From the NCBI GenBank assembly GCA_000182565.2, contig KQ257456.1: 64,000 nt of DNA; one strand, written 5' to 3'. The position numbers and the translations under genes are program-made. The stretch is from Spizellomyces punctatus DAOM BR117. Lineage: Eukaryota. The first letter of the stretch is position 1. The number at the start of each line of letters is the position of its first letter. Below the pieces are notes generated by a model. It did no database searches. It was not told where the DNA came from and saw only the letters and a list, made by a program, of their open reading frames with translations. Positions 51,530-62,891 of this stretch are shown one piece after another.

Positions 51530-52840
51530 TTGTTAAGGGTAAAAGACGAGCTGTGTGGTTAGTATAGCACCTTTGTCGGAGCGGTTAAGGAGTTCGTCTT
51601 AAAGTCCAGTCTCCGAAAGCCGTGTGAGTTTGAATCTCACGGGGTGCGTTCAGAACATGCGCCTCGACTTTTTGCTTGTGAGGTATCGAACGCGTTAAGA
51701 GTCTCTTTTTGAATCTTGTTGCGACTCTCATTGTTCCATACGAGATGATCCTGCCCGCCCCGCACTCTTGGCCGGCGGGTATATCTAGGCTTGCCCGTGC
51801 GTGCCCGACAGCATTAATTATGATTTGAAGTAAACGAATGTTTCACATTGTGTAGCACCTTTGTCCGAAGGGGTTAAGGAGTTGGGCTGAAAGTCCAGCC
51901 TCCTTAGCCGCGTGAGTTCGAAACTCACAGAGTGCATAAACGGTGGTCTTAATGCAATCTTTTTGCTTGTGGGGTATACTCAAGCTTTCAGAACTCTCTT
52001 TTCCATCTTGTTGCGATCCTCATTGTTGCATACGAGACAATGTCTCATCATCCTGCCTACACTCTTGGTGGCGTGCGTACATCGGTTTGCCCTTGCCTTT
52101 CGGGCAGTTCATACTAAAACAGATAAAGCTTCGCCGCATTTTAAATAGCACCTTTGTCGGAAGCGGTGAAGAAGTTGGTCTAAAAGTCCAATTTCCAAAG
52201 CCGCGTGAGTTCGAATCTCACAGGGTGCTTTGTTGACAGTGCCTTCAGAACTTTTTGCTTTTTTGGGTATTCTCAAGCGTGCAGAATCCTCTTTACAATC
52301 TTGTGGCGAATCTCATTGTCGCATACGAGATAATCCTGCCTGCGCTGACTCTTGGCGGCGTGTATACGTACCTACGTATGGCTTGCCTCTGCCTGTCGGG
52401 CCGTTCTCATATCTGAATATTTTCAATAGCATCTTTGTCGGAAGCGGTCCTTAAGCTGGGCTAGTTTCGAAAGCCGCGTGAGAATTTCACAGGGTGCATA
52501 ATAGTCTGGCTGATATTATCATCCTGCCTGCACTCTTGGAGGCGTGTGTACGTAGCCTTGCCCCGGCTGTGTTCATGCTAAAAGAGCTACAAGGTTGCGT
52601 ACTGCTCATTTTCTGTGCAGCACCTTTGTCGGAAGCAGTTAGGGAGTTGGTCTGGAAGTCCAATTTCGAAAGCCGCGTGAGTTCGAATCTCACAGGGTGC
52701 CCTGAGACAAACTCGCTGAACATTTTTCTGCTTTTTGGGAATTTTCAAGCCTGCAGAATTCTCTTTTTCAATCTTGTTGCGAGATGTCATTGTTGCATAC
52801 GAAATCATGTCCTGCCTACACCTCTTGGCGCAACAAACAA
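51530..52840 (+). repeat. Tandem array 2 of tRNA-Ser-like/linker units (heads at 51567, 51855, 52148, 52429, 52620)
   Basis: Five GCA(C/T)CTTTGTC...TCAC(A/G)G(G/A)GTGC heads with spacings 288, 293, 281 and 191 bp, a conserved linker, and unique trailers. Confidence 0.92.
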
Positions 52841-53623
52841 GCGACGTGCACTTTAAGGGTCTGTTTGTGATTTGCCATCTGTTCCTACATTTCCTGAAAC
52901 AACTCAGATACATGTCAATGATATATCTACTAGTAGCAGTTGGATCCAAATGGGAACGCCAAGCGAATAAAAATCATGTGTGTGTCTATACCATCCATGT
53001 CTATTCTCTCTGTCTATTATCAAAAATCCATGCCAAGAGACAGAATGAACAATAATTTACCCGTCCCTTGTTTTAGAAATGCGCGGATGATTCACAAGAT
53101 TAAAGTTAAAGTTTCATATTATTTATAGAATATATTTAAGTATTTGGGATGTTTGTATGGGAATATTCCCATGGGGACAGACGAATAGCAACAGTAACGG
53201 ACTGCATGTTCATCTTACAAGTCTCTTTTGGCACGGTAGGTTGAAATTCATTTGGGAGGCATTTTCATTGGCTGGTCTTTTAGCAAAGGGTTAAATCAGG
53301 ACATGGGATCCTATGGATGTGTAATGGGAACTGCAGTTGGTTTTGACAAAAGTTTCTTTTTTTTGATGGGGACGGTCAGTTGGTGGTATTACGGATAAAA
53401 AGAAGGTTTTTGTTGATGGGACAAGTCATGCCGATCACCTAGTGGGTTTGCAGTTGTGCCGACAGTCGGAGAACAAAAAGACGATGGTGGAAAGTGTTGA
53501 CGTTTTTTTCAACTTTTTTTAAACTTTCTTTTTTTTTTTGGCGAGTAGGACAATTAGGGTCGTCGGTTTGCTTTTCAAGAAAGAACATTGCAAAGTTCAA
53601 CTCAGGTAGTTGCGCGACACACC

Positions 53624-54787
53624 ATGCGTCTGTTTGCTGTCTCGCCACAGCGCTTTCGTCCTCGGTATGGGTACCTCGCCGCCATCACAACCACCGGCAT
53701 CCTCTTCCGGTCATGGCTGTACGCATTCATCGTCATTATGCACTGCTTCCTCACTTGGTCTCTCCGCATCGGATCCGTCAACTACGTCGGTACAAACAAT
53801 GACGGCTTCACCCTCGACTTGGAAGGACTCCCTCCTCCCCCCAACATTGATATCTCCGCCCTCATCTCAGCTCGCATCACTGCATCAAACACCTCGGCCT
53901 CGCCCGCTGATCGCCTTGAAGCCCGTCTGCATATCCAGCAAACAACCGAATCCCTCGCATGGGGCCCTCAAAACAATGACTCTTTCCTCATCCCTCCCAT
54001 CATTCACCAAGTTACGATCGGCATGTCCGGCCCACCGCCCCAAAAATGGCTAGACGCTTCCCAAGCCTGTCGGGCCATTCACCCAGATTACACCTTTATG
54101 ACCTGGAACGACGTCAATGCTCAAGAATTCATTGCCAAAGAATATCCGTGGTTCCTCGAGACTTGGCTCAACTATCCCTACACGATTCAGAAAGCCGATT
54201 CGATTCGATACCTGGCCCTTTACACCTATGGCGGCGCATACCTTGACATGGACCTCTACTGCAAACGGCCTCTAGATCCTCTCCGCAAACTCCCCTTTGT
54301 AACTCCCTCAGCCCACCCCGTCGGGCTCTCCAATTCCATCATCCTCTCCACCCCACACCACCCCTTTACGTCCATCCTCGTCCAAAACCTCCCCACATTC
54401 AACCACTACTTTTTTTCTTCGTACCCAACAGTCATGTTTTCAACGGGGTGCATGTACCTCTCCGCCTTGCACACACTCTACCCGCAGCGTTCCATTGATA
54501 CCAAAGTCCTCGGTGGGGAACGTAATCGAGTGAACGGCCGGGCAGAGACGCCATTGTTTACCCATCTTGGCGCCTCATCGTGGCATCAAGGCGATGCACA
54601 ATTGTTTGTCTTGATTGGACGGTGGATCAAGGAGACGCCTTTGGGTGCCTATGCCCTTCTTTTGGCACTTTCTGGCTTGCTCGTCGGAGTGTGGTGTGTA
54701 TACTCGCGGCGTAAAACCCAGGAATTCAAGGAGACGGTTGTCAGTGTGATGCTGGTTTCGGAAAAGGAAGCGAGTTGGGTGAATTAA
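53624..54787 (+). CDS. Glycosyltransferase family 32 (MIPC synthase Sur1/Csh1-like), intronless
   Basis: IPPIIHQ, YPYTIQKADSIRYLALYTYGGAYLDMD (DXD), HPF, VMFSTGCMYLS and GASSWH motifs. N- and C-terminal hydrophobic helices. Confidence 0.9.
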   Translation: MRLFAVSPQRFRPRYGYLAAITTTGILFRSWLYAFIVIMHCFLTWSLRIGSVNYVGTNNDGFTLDLEGLPPPPNIDISALISARITASNTSASPADRLEARLHIQQTTESLAWGPQNNDSFLIPPIIHQVTIGMSGPPPQKWLDASQACRAIHPDYTFMTWNDVNAQEFIAKEYPWFLETWLNYPYTIQKADSIRYLALYTYGGAYLDMDLYCKRPLDPLRKLPFVTPSAHPVGLSNSIILSTPHHPFTSILVQNLPTFNHYFFSSYPTVMFSTGCMYLSALHTLYPQRSIDTKVLGGERNRVNGRAETPLFTHLGASSWHQGDAQLFVLIGRWIKETPLGAYALLLALSGLLVGVWCVYSRRKTQEFKETVVSVMLVSEKEASWVN

Positions 54788-55377
54788 CAAATGTTCGGGT
54801 GGTTATTCAATGTAGAGCGCCTCTTTGGTCGATGCTTATTTATTTAGCGACATGCAAAGATACCCGTGGTATTGCTTTGCAAGAACAACTATTTATTAAA
54901 CGGTGTAGATTTGCTTTTCGAGAGGGAGGGGGGATATAGCGTAACAGCAAATATGGCTTGGTCCGCCTCATATAACACATGTAGTCTGGGAGGACGGGTT
55001 TTCAATATACACTTTATGACTAGATGAAGGGGTTTAAACTGTTGAGTAATGGAATGTCTTGAAAAAGTCTGTGACTTGCAAGGGCACAGCGCACAGTTTT
55101 GGTGAATTCGTTGCTGCCAGAGTGACAAGGGCGAGATCATAAGAACCGGAAACGAGTTAACCTTGCCTGAGCCGATTCAGTATTGGAAAAAAACATATGA
55201 TGCAAAAGGGAAAAACACACAAAAGCGGATACTGCAAAATATGTATTTACAAACGCACCACACACCTGGCAATTAGAATCGTTGAACCACGCTACTTCTC
55301 ACACCATACGTATACTCCTAAACCAAATATGCCACCACCATCAAAATATACCTAAATCCCATTCCTGGCCAGCACAC

Positions 55378-56052
55378 CTAATGCTTTTCCTCCCCTTCCT
55401 CCTTCTTTCCACCCAACCCGACAACATTCTTGGCAGCATCAAACGTTGCACTCGTGACACCAACCCCAGCCCCAACAGCAGCCCCAGCAACATTGGCAGC
55501 CGTATTCACAACCTTACCCGCCACATCCGCGGCAGCTCCCACCACAGTCCCAGCAACTCCCCTTGCACTCCCAACGGTAGCAGCGGTAGCTTGCACACCA
55601 GTATCGATAGCTTGAGCCGTCAATCCCACAGCCGAATCAGCGACTTTGGAAATCCCAGCAGTGGGGTGCTCGGCGGCCTCATTGTAAGCTTGTCCGGCAT
55701 GCGACGCCAATGTTCCCGTTGCCCCCTGGAAGGGCCTAGCAGTCTCTTGAACACCTTCTTTAGCTTTCTGGGCTGCTTGACCGGCTTTTTCTGTAACGGC
55801 TTCTGTGGCTTCGTATGCGCGGTTCGAAGCACGGTCGTAAGCTGCTTTTGCACTAGAGTTTTGGACACGGTCTGCGGTTGTTTCGATCGTTTCTTGGGCG
55901 GTGGATTTGGCGGATTGGCCCGTTTCGACGGCTTTGGCGTAGGTTTGGGATGCCAGGTTTTGGGCTTTTTCGGTTGCGCTCTGTTTTTTTATGTGAGTTT
56001 CTTGTTGTTTATTGTGATGACATGATGATTTGCTTACCTGGTTGCTCGACAT
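55378..56052 (-). CDS. LEA-like hydrophilic stress protein
   Basis: Ala/Thr/Gln/Lys-rich helical repeats (EKAGQAAQKAKEGVQETA). Probable in-frame 57-nt intron after MSSNQ. Confidence 0.65.
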   Translation of the reverse strand: MSSNQVSKSSCHHNKQQETHIKKQSATEKAQNLASQTYAKAVETGQSAKSTAQETIETTADRVQNSSAKAAYDRASNRAYEATEAVTEKAGQAAQKAKEGVQETARPFQGATGTLASHAGQAYNEAAEHPTAGISKVADSAVGLTAQAIDTGVQATAATVGSARGVAGTVVGAAADVAGKVVNTAANVAGAAVGAGVGVTSATFDAAKNVVGLGGKKEEGEEKH

Positions 56053-57285
56053 TTTTCTTGTTGTGTTTTCTCAGAAAGACTCTTTTAGGATAGTTTCTTT
56101 AAAAGACTGGATTCAATGTTGAAATGCCCTTGACGACACATTCGTCTTCCTTTTATAACCCTCCTCCAGTAACGATCTCCACTCGGACATGACATCATCA
56201 ACTTGCGCGTATTTTTCACATGTCAGCGTATGCTTGTTGCGTCATTTCCTATAAGTGTTCTTTTTTTTTTTCTGATGGGGGGTTTTTGACAGTGAGCGTT
56301 TTTGTGATTTGTGGGTTTGGATATGAGATTATGATGATATGTACACTTGTGTATAGCAATGTCTTGTCAATATCCGTCTCTAACACGGATGACATGTCCT
56401 TAAGTTTCTCTTCATATCGGTGACGGATTGGAATGTGGTATGTGATTCTACATGGGATTCTCCATGGCTTTTATGATATAAGGGGATATGTGGGGCATTC
56501 AGGACATGCCGTAGGGATCTGTACGCGCGGTGCAGTATTGCCCATTTGGAGACGTTTCAGTTAATTATATTATTGTGTTTGTATGGATTTTGCCCTGTTA
56601 ATCATTCAGTATTTTGGGTAATTTGCTGGTTTATGCAGAAACGGGTTGTTTAAGGGAAGGAACGAGCGCTGGGTTATATCTTGCTTTCAATTTGTATTTT
56701 CAAAAGTGATCATAAAGACCATTGTGGTGAGAGTTTCCATAGAGTTAGAACATGATTCTCAAATTGATGATAGGGGAAAACGTCATGTACATGCATGCAG
56801 TTCCCTTGATATGCATGCCGTCTGGACTCTAGGCACATTCTTTTTTGTTTACGGAATACGTAATATGGCGACAGATGCGTAAGGCAGCAGCAATGATCGC
56901 AGCTGTCAGGTTTCTAGACGCTGCTATTGGTAGCCAATGCTTGTCGTTTCCTTGTAGGAAGATTGCGGACAGTTCCCATAGCTGATGTCATACGCTGATG
57001 TCACACCCCATCGGACATTCGGACACGCATTCGGACACGCCCACACTCCATCCACATTTGCTCATTGGAATGCCGACCTCCGCGCGTTGGCTGGTCGTCG
57101 TTGAGGTTTTCATGCACGCGCAAAACGGTTGCTTTCATCTCGGACGTGTTTTCGTTTCCGTTGTTTGTGTTTTTTGGTTTGTTGGGTAATGGTCATGTGG
57201 TGTTTGTTCTTGATTGTTGCTGTTTTGCTGACTTTTATCATAGGCATTCACTCATGTTCATCAAGCTAGCATTGTAAAGAAAATC

Positions 57286-59031
57286 ATGGACGAGAATAGA
57301 GGTGAGTGTGGTGCTATTTGCATCATGTACGTGTGCTGCTGTTAAATCCTACTTTGTTGGTAGTAGAGAACCGTGTGCATACTGGTAAAGAGGGTATGAG
57401 CAAACATGGAACAGTGTTTAGGATAATGGCTCATATGCATTTTTTGTAGGTCAAAGTGTCGAGCGTGGTCGTGAGCCGCTTTCGGGTCGAGCACCTTTTT
57501 CTGTTGTTAATGGCGAGGCCAATATAGGTGTGTTTTTGGCTGTATTTTGTTTTTTTGTCTTTTTGGTAGTTTATAGCTCATCAGCTGCAGGAGCCACGGA
57601 GTGCCCTCAAAAGAGTTCAAGTGCCTGTAGTCGGGCTAGCAGTCCCGCAAGAGGTACAATTCAGCCTATTTCATATTTGGTTATTCCATCGTACTGATGA
57701 CATCACCAGCGGTCTCCCCACACCGCTCAAAACGCAAACTGGTCTTTATTCAAGGCTACAACAAGCGAGTGGTCCGACGTCGCTTTCGGACCACAAAGGA
57801 GCAACTGTCCATCCTCAATGAATTCTTTACCCACACCGAAATACCCACTAGGGACGAGAAAAGGGCCTTGGCGGAACGATTGGGCATGGCGGAGCGGCAG
57901 GTTCAGGTTTGGTTCCAGAATCGACGTGCGGCGAAAAAGACGAGTCCGAGGTCACTGGAGCGGAGCATGTCACCTGCCACGAGTCCTTCCTTGAAACCCA
58001 CCAGTATGTCTGGTGTCTCTCCTAAAATGCTTGTACTGGATTCTCCACCGCGGAAACCTCCACGCGCTGTGAAGCCTGTCCCACCACCGGCACCGACCCA
58101 TCGCACAGCATTGTCTCCCATCAATCTCGACAGTCCCCCACGACCCTCAGATCCCATCCTTGTCTCCAGCCCTACCCCCAAACCCTCGAAACCCTCCGCA
58201 GTAATCTTGCTTGACAGCCCACCCCGACCGCCCACATCCATCGTCCTTGACACACCGACCAAACCCACCACAGTCTCCGAGCTCTTTTCCCCCTCCGATC
58301 TAACCACCCCCGATATCAGCCATGAACTCACATCTGATGCGACTTCCCGTGAAAGCGATTGGACCTTTGTCGATAACACACACAAGTCCCTTCGTCCACG
58401 AAAACGCAAGGCCACGACAGTCGATCACACGCCACGTTCTAAACGCCGAAAAGACGACACCGTGATTAGTTTGTTGAGTTCACCCCTTGCGAGTCCAAAG
58501 GAACCAACATTTGAATTGGACCAACAAGACTGGACAGCTATTTTTGATAGTTTTGTTCGTGCTGAACCTTCCACTGACCTCCCCACTGACCTCCCCACTG
58601 AATCATACACATCACATACGGAACCGCCTACGGAATCAACGACAGAACTACCCACTGAATCCATAACGGAATCAACTACAGAACTATCTACGGAGCCACC
58701 TACGGAACCTCTTACGGAAGCACTAGACTGGTCCACCCTCCTCACATCCCCCTTCCCAACCGACCCACCAACAGATTTGGACCAACTCTTGACGGAATTG
58801 GATCAAACTCCCACGTCACCTACCTTGCTCCAACAAGCACTTGAAATGGAGATGGGATCTTTTGTTGGTGGGTCTTTTGATTTTTCGGATATTTTGGGTG
58901 AGTGTGATGGGTTCGGTGGTGAACCGGGTGAAGGGGCGGGTGATGGGGGGAAACGAGGTCTTGGTGCAAGTGGTGGGATGGAGGATTTGGAAGATTCTTT
59001 GCAGGGGCTTTTTGCTTTTGAGACTTTTTGA
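57286..59031 (+). CDS. Homeodomain transcription factor; upstream exons (from ~57286) tentative
   Basis: RRRFRTTKEQLSILNEFF...PTRDEKRALAERLGMAERQVQVWFQNRRAAKK in ORF 57697-59031. Pro/Ser/Thr-rich middle and acidic C-terminus. Confidence 0.88.
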
Positions 59032-59421
59032 AATTTGTATTTTGTGCGTTTGTGGATTTGGGGGTTTTGTAAAAGCTTTCTTTTTTTTTTTTTTGTAAAG
59101 TGTATGTAATGTGCAGTTACTATCAAGGGGTTTTGGGTTTTTTGCTAAAAACGTTTTTTTGCTTGGCATTGTTTTATCGGTTCTATCCGTGTGCCGACTG
59201 TGTTATCTTCACAATGTATCGCATCGAGTAGCATTTCTGTAGACAAAAAAGAACGATTCGCATTTGTTTATTTTTAATACAATGTTGCTTTTTTGCTAAG
59301 ATTTTCTCGTATCCCTGTAAACTGTTTCTCTTACAGTAAAAATTCCATCATTGCAGTTATATTATTTCTATTTCCCTTCCCACTTGTATAGCCATGCACA
59401 TCATGCCACCATGACGTTTTT

Positions 59422-61099
59422 TTAGTGCCCAGCTCCACCTCCAACCATCAAACTCCCCAAACTCGTCGCCATGATCACGCATCCTGTGAATGCAAGAAGG
59501 ACTGCACCGACCCTTGTTGCATTCCATGGTGTATTTTCCGTTAATTTGTAATAAAAGATTCCGGGGAGGATGTAGCAGATGGTTGTTGAACCCGTTGCGC
59601 CCACATAGGCCAAAACCTATCAAAATCAAATCAATACCCCGCAAAAAAGGACCAACAAACAGTGGAATACGTACCGTTGCAAGATTCTTTAACAGCACAG
59701 CCGCCCCAAAACTCCCTACCATAATCACCACCGTCATGCCTACCCATTTCGTCCATGATAGGTCCTCTGTTTCTGGCTTTCGGATGTGGGTTAGGATTTT
59801 TTCTAGAGAGGCGCGGCAGGGGTGGCATTGGAGGGGGTAGGATAGGAGGACGAGGAGGGCGATGGCGAGTTGGCCGCCGGTGATAAATGGGCTGGGTGGG
59901 TCTGTAATATGTCAAGAGTGAATAAAGACTAACCAAGTGGGAAAACATGAGTGGTAAAAACGTTTACATTGGCCAATGATATTGGATGCTACTTCGTTTC
60001 CAAATGTAAGGTATCCCAATATGCCAATCGTTTCGTACACGGAAAAGGCTGTCCCGACGGATGTCAAGATGACGCCTGTGATGCGTTGGGGACGATTATC
60101 GTCGAGTTCATTGTATACTGCGAAAATCTACAAAAATCGTAAATAACACTGCGACGTACACGTCATGTCCAACATGCCATACTCACATTCTGATGACACG
60201 TAAACGCAAACACAAAAATCGGCAAATACCCAAAAAAAGCTGTATCCACCTTAAACCACCTCACATCCCCCCAAGGTACATGTGGTGGCATGTCGTTTGT
60301 AGGCGCCAGGAAATAATACACGACAATGAGGAGGAGGTATACGACGGAGAGGAGGGCAAAGGCGGATGTGTATCGAAGGGAATCGAGACGGGAGAGGAAA
60401 CAAAAGGGGGAGACGAGGAGGAGAGAAAGAGATATCCAAAAGAGTTTGGTGCGGAGTATAGAGTCTTGTGGTGTCCCTGGTGCAAAGCCTTCAACCACCT
60501 TTGGTAACTAGATAGGAATAAAAGAAGCAGCATGAATACAGACTGCAATGCACACACACACAAAAGAAACTCACCAAATCCCCACAAATAACCAAATACG
60601 AAACCGACACCCCAAAACACTTGACCGCAATCGCCACATCGAAAAACACTGCCGCATTCGGGTATGTCCGTTTTGCACATGCATTAAACGACGAACTCCT
60701 CCCCACTTGAGCTGCAACCCGTGTCAACAAGATTAAACCAAACGCCGATGCCGCCCCCGAGAGTCCAATAAGTATGATTCCAAGGCCGAGACCAACACCT
60801 GCAATAGCCGAAGGCTACCCCATTGAAGAACGTTCAGCAAAACGTAACATTTTCAGTTGAATAAAGGAATGTAAAATGATACACACCATAGCCAACATCC
60901 CAGACCCTAATATCGTATTACAAATATTCACACAAGATGATCCAAACGTTCCCGTCGGTCTCGCTTCGTCTAGGACATTATCCGATAGGTGATCCGAATC
61001 TGCTTCTTCATCATCTGGGAGGGCTGCGTATTGGGTTCGGGATGTGCGGGGTGTGGTCGTGGGACTGCCTTGCGGTGTTAGGAATTCTGAGGAGGACAT
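59422..61099 (-). CDS. Amino acid transporter, AAAP/Aa_trans family (vacuolar Avt5/6/7-like), multi-exon
   Basis: NICNTILGSGMLAM|P, FFDVAIAVKCFGVSVSYLVICGDL, RLDSLRYTS, IFVFAFTCHQN, SYPLQCHPCRAS, VGATGSTTICYILPG. Confidence 0.92.
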
Positions 61100-62891
61100 A
61101 CCGAATGGTGGCCATCAAGATGCTGACAAGAATGTAATGGCTGCGTCGCCTTTTACAGCGGTTTTGGGGGCTTTTTGATTACTCGATGAAACACGCGTTG
61201 GGTTATCGAGTCTTTTTTTTTTTTTTTTGTGGGTTCTCTTAAGTTTGTTGGGATCGCCAATGGTTCTTTCTTGTATTCGTCTGGCTTAACTCTTTTGTGT
61301 AGGATTGGATTGGATGGGCAAAAATCCTTTGTTAAAAAGGCCTTAAATGTTTTGTCTGATGGATAATGTCACTTGACCTTCGAAAGGCTGTTCTGGAAGG
61401 CAGTAAACACTTTCAAGGGACAAAGTAGCAAAAGTTCATTTTTGAATGTCCAAAAGCATGCATTGCAAAAGAATCTGATTATGGGCATATGAACTCTCAT
61501 CCTGTCAAATAGCAACAAAGTTTATTATTCTGATGCACTGGGTACCGGTGGATCCGACATGGTAATGGACTCGGTTAGCAAGCGTTGCATTTGCTTGTTC
61601 ACATCAATAGCATGTACTGGAAAATGCCCTAGAGTTAGATTGCAAGGCCTTATCGTTTACTGCCATACGGCCCAATTAGCATCCTGTCGAATAGCCACCC
61701 AATTCTTTATTCTGCTGCACCGGGAATAGGTGGATCCGAGATGAAAAAGGACCTTGTAGTCCAATTTGTTTCCTGAGACCTCTTTTGTTCCATACACCAC
61801 GATCACCTGCTCGTAGTGGATGTCGTGGACGTACGAAAGGGTCCTTGTCTTCTTCATGCTCTGGTCCCTGCCCCATTCCTCCTCTGCGAAGAGTGGGAAA
61901 GGGTTACGCTGCCCCCCACCAGAAATCTAACGCCCTGTTCCATAAAACGGAGCATTCGGAGACTGCGCGAAAAGTGCGTTGGCGGAGTGGGCTGGAGTAA
62001 AATCCATAGGTCCCCCCGCATAAGCAAAACTGAACAAAAATCCACATTGAAACGTCGTCCCAGCGGAACACTTGTATGAGGCGCAGTGCCAATGACATAA
62101 TCGCCTGACGTGGCGCAATATTGAATGTTCACCTGAAAACCGTCAGGAAATACGCGGTGATAACATCAAATTCCTAAGAACTTGGCAATTCACGTGAGAG
62201 TCTATAAAATGTTCAATGTATAGCCCTTCCAAAGGTCCGTTATAATCCCTTTTGTAAAGAGGCCGCTGCCCTTCGTTACAAAACGACGGGAAGAAAAACA
62301 CAAAACATCCCCCCAGCATTGGGTTCATCAACTTTTGTCAAATGTCGTTCTATCCACCGCACTGCAAAAACGTTTTGATTAACATTCGCAAAAGTCGAGA
62401 GGTTGAATTGCGCGACAGGGAAAGAGTCGGTCGTTCCCGAATATAGAAGCGACCAGCCCTTCCGGTGACGGCATCGTATTTTTGTTGCTCCTTCTTCCGA
62501 GCTTGCTTGTGCAATTCTGTTCTGGAGAGAATTTCATTGTATAGCTATCAAAAACTCCGATCCCAGAAGCCTCTTCTTTTTCGTTGGTCGGTGATTTTTC
62601 AAAGTCCTCTTTTTCCAACATTCCTTCTCGGCGAAATCGGTTCTTTGGCCTGCGCTGTGCTGGGGAGCTAAACGGTCCTGGCAGTCAACGTTGTAATATA
62701 GTGTGTGAAAGTATAAATCAATCAAGAAGCAAACGTAGTACACAGTAAGCACATATACCTTTGATATTCTTTTTGTAAATTAGCACGGGAGTGAACAAGT
62801 TCAAGGTGAGCAGTCAAAGTTTTGTGGAGATTTGGCGTGAAAGACATTTGAGCTGACATTATATTCCAGTCTTATAACACAAGAAACAAAG

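Noticed and set aside
51567-52840. Calling the repeat-spacer arrays CRISPR
   Set aside because: The repeats are ~270-bp tRNA-derived units, not 23-50-bp direct repeats. There are no cas genes and the context is eukaryotic. Only the layout is analogous.
61657-62621. Possible minus-strand gene between the transporter and the kinase
   Set aside because: Several short ORFs, but no recognisable domain or consistent splice path that I could support.
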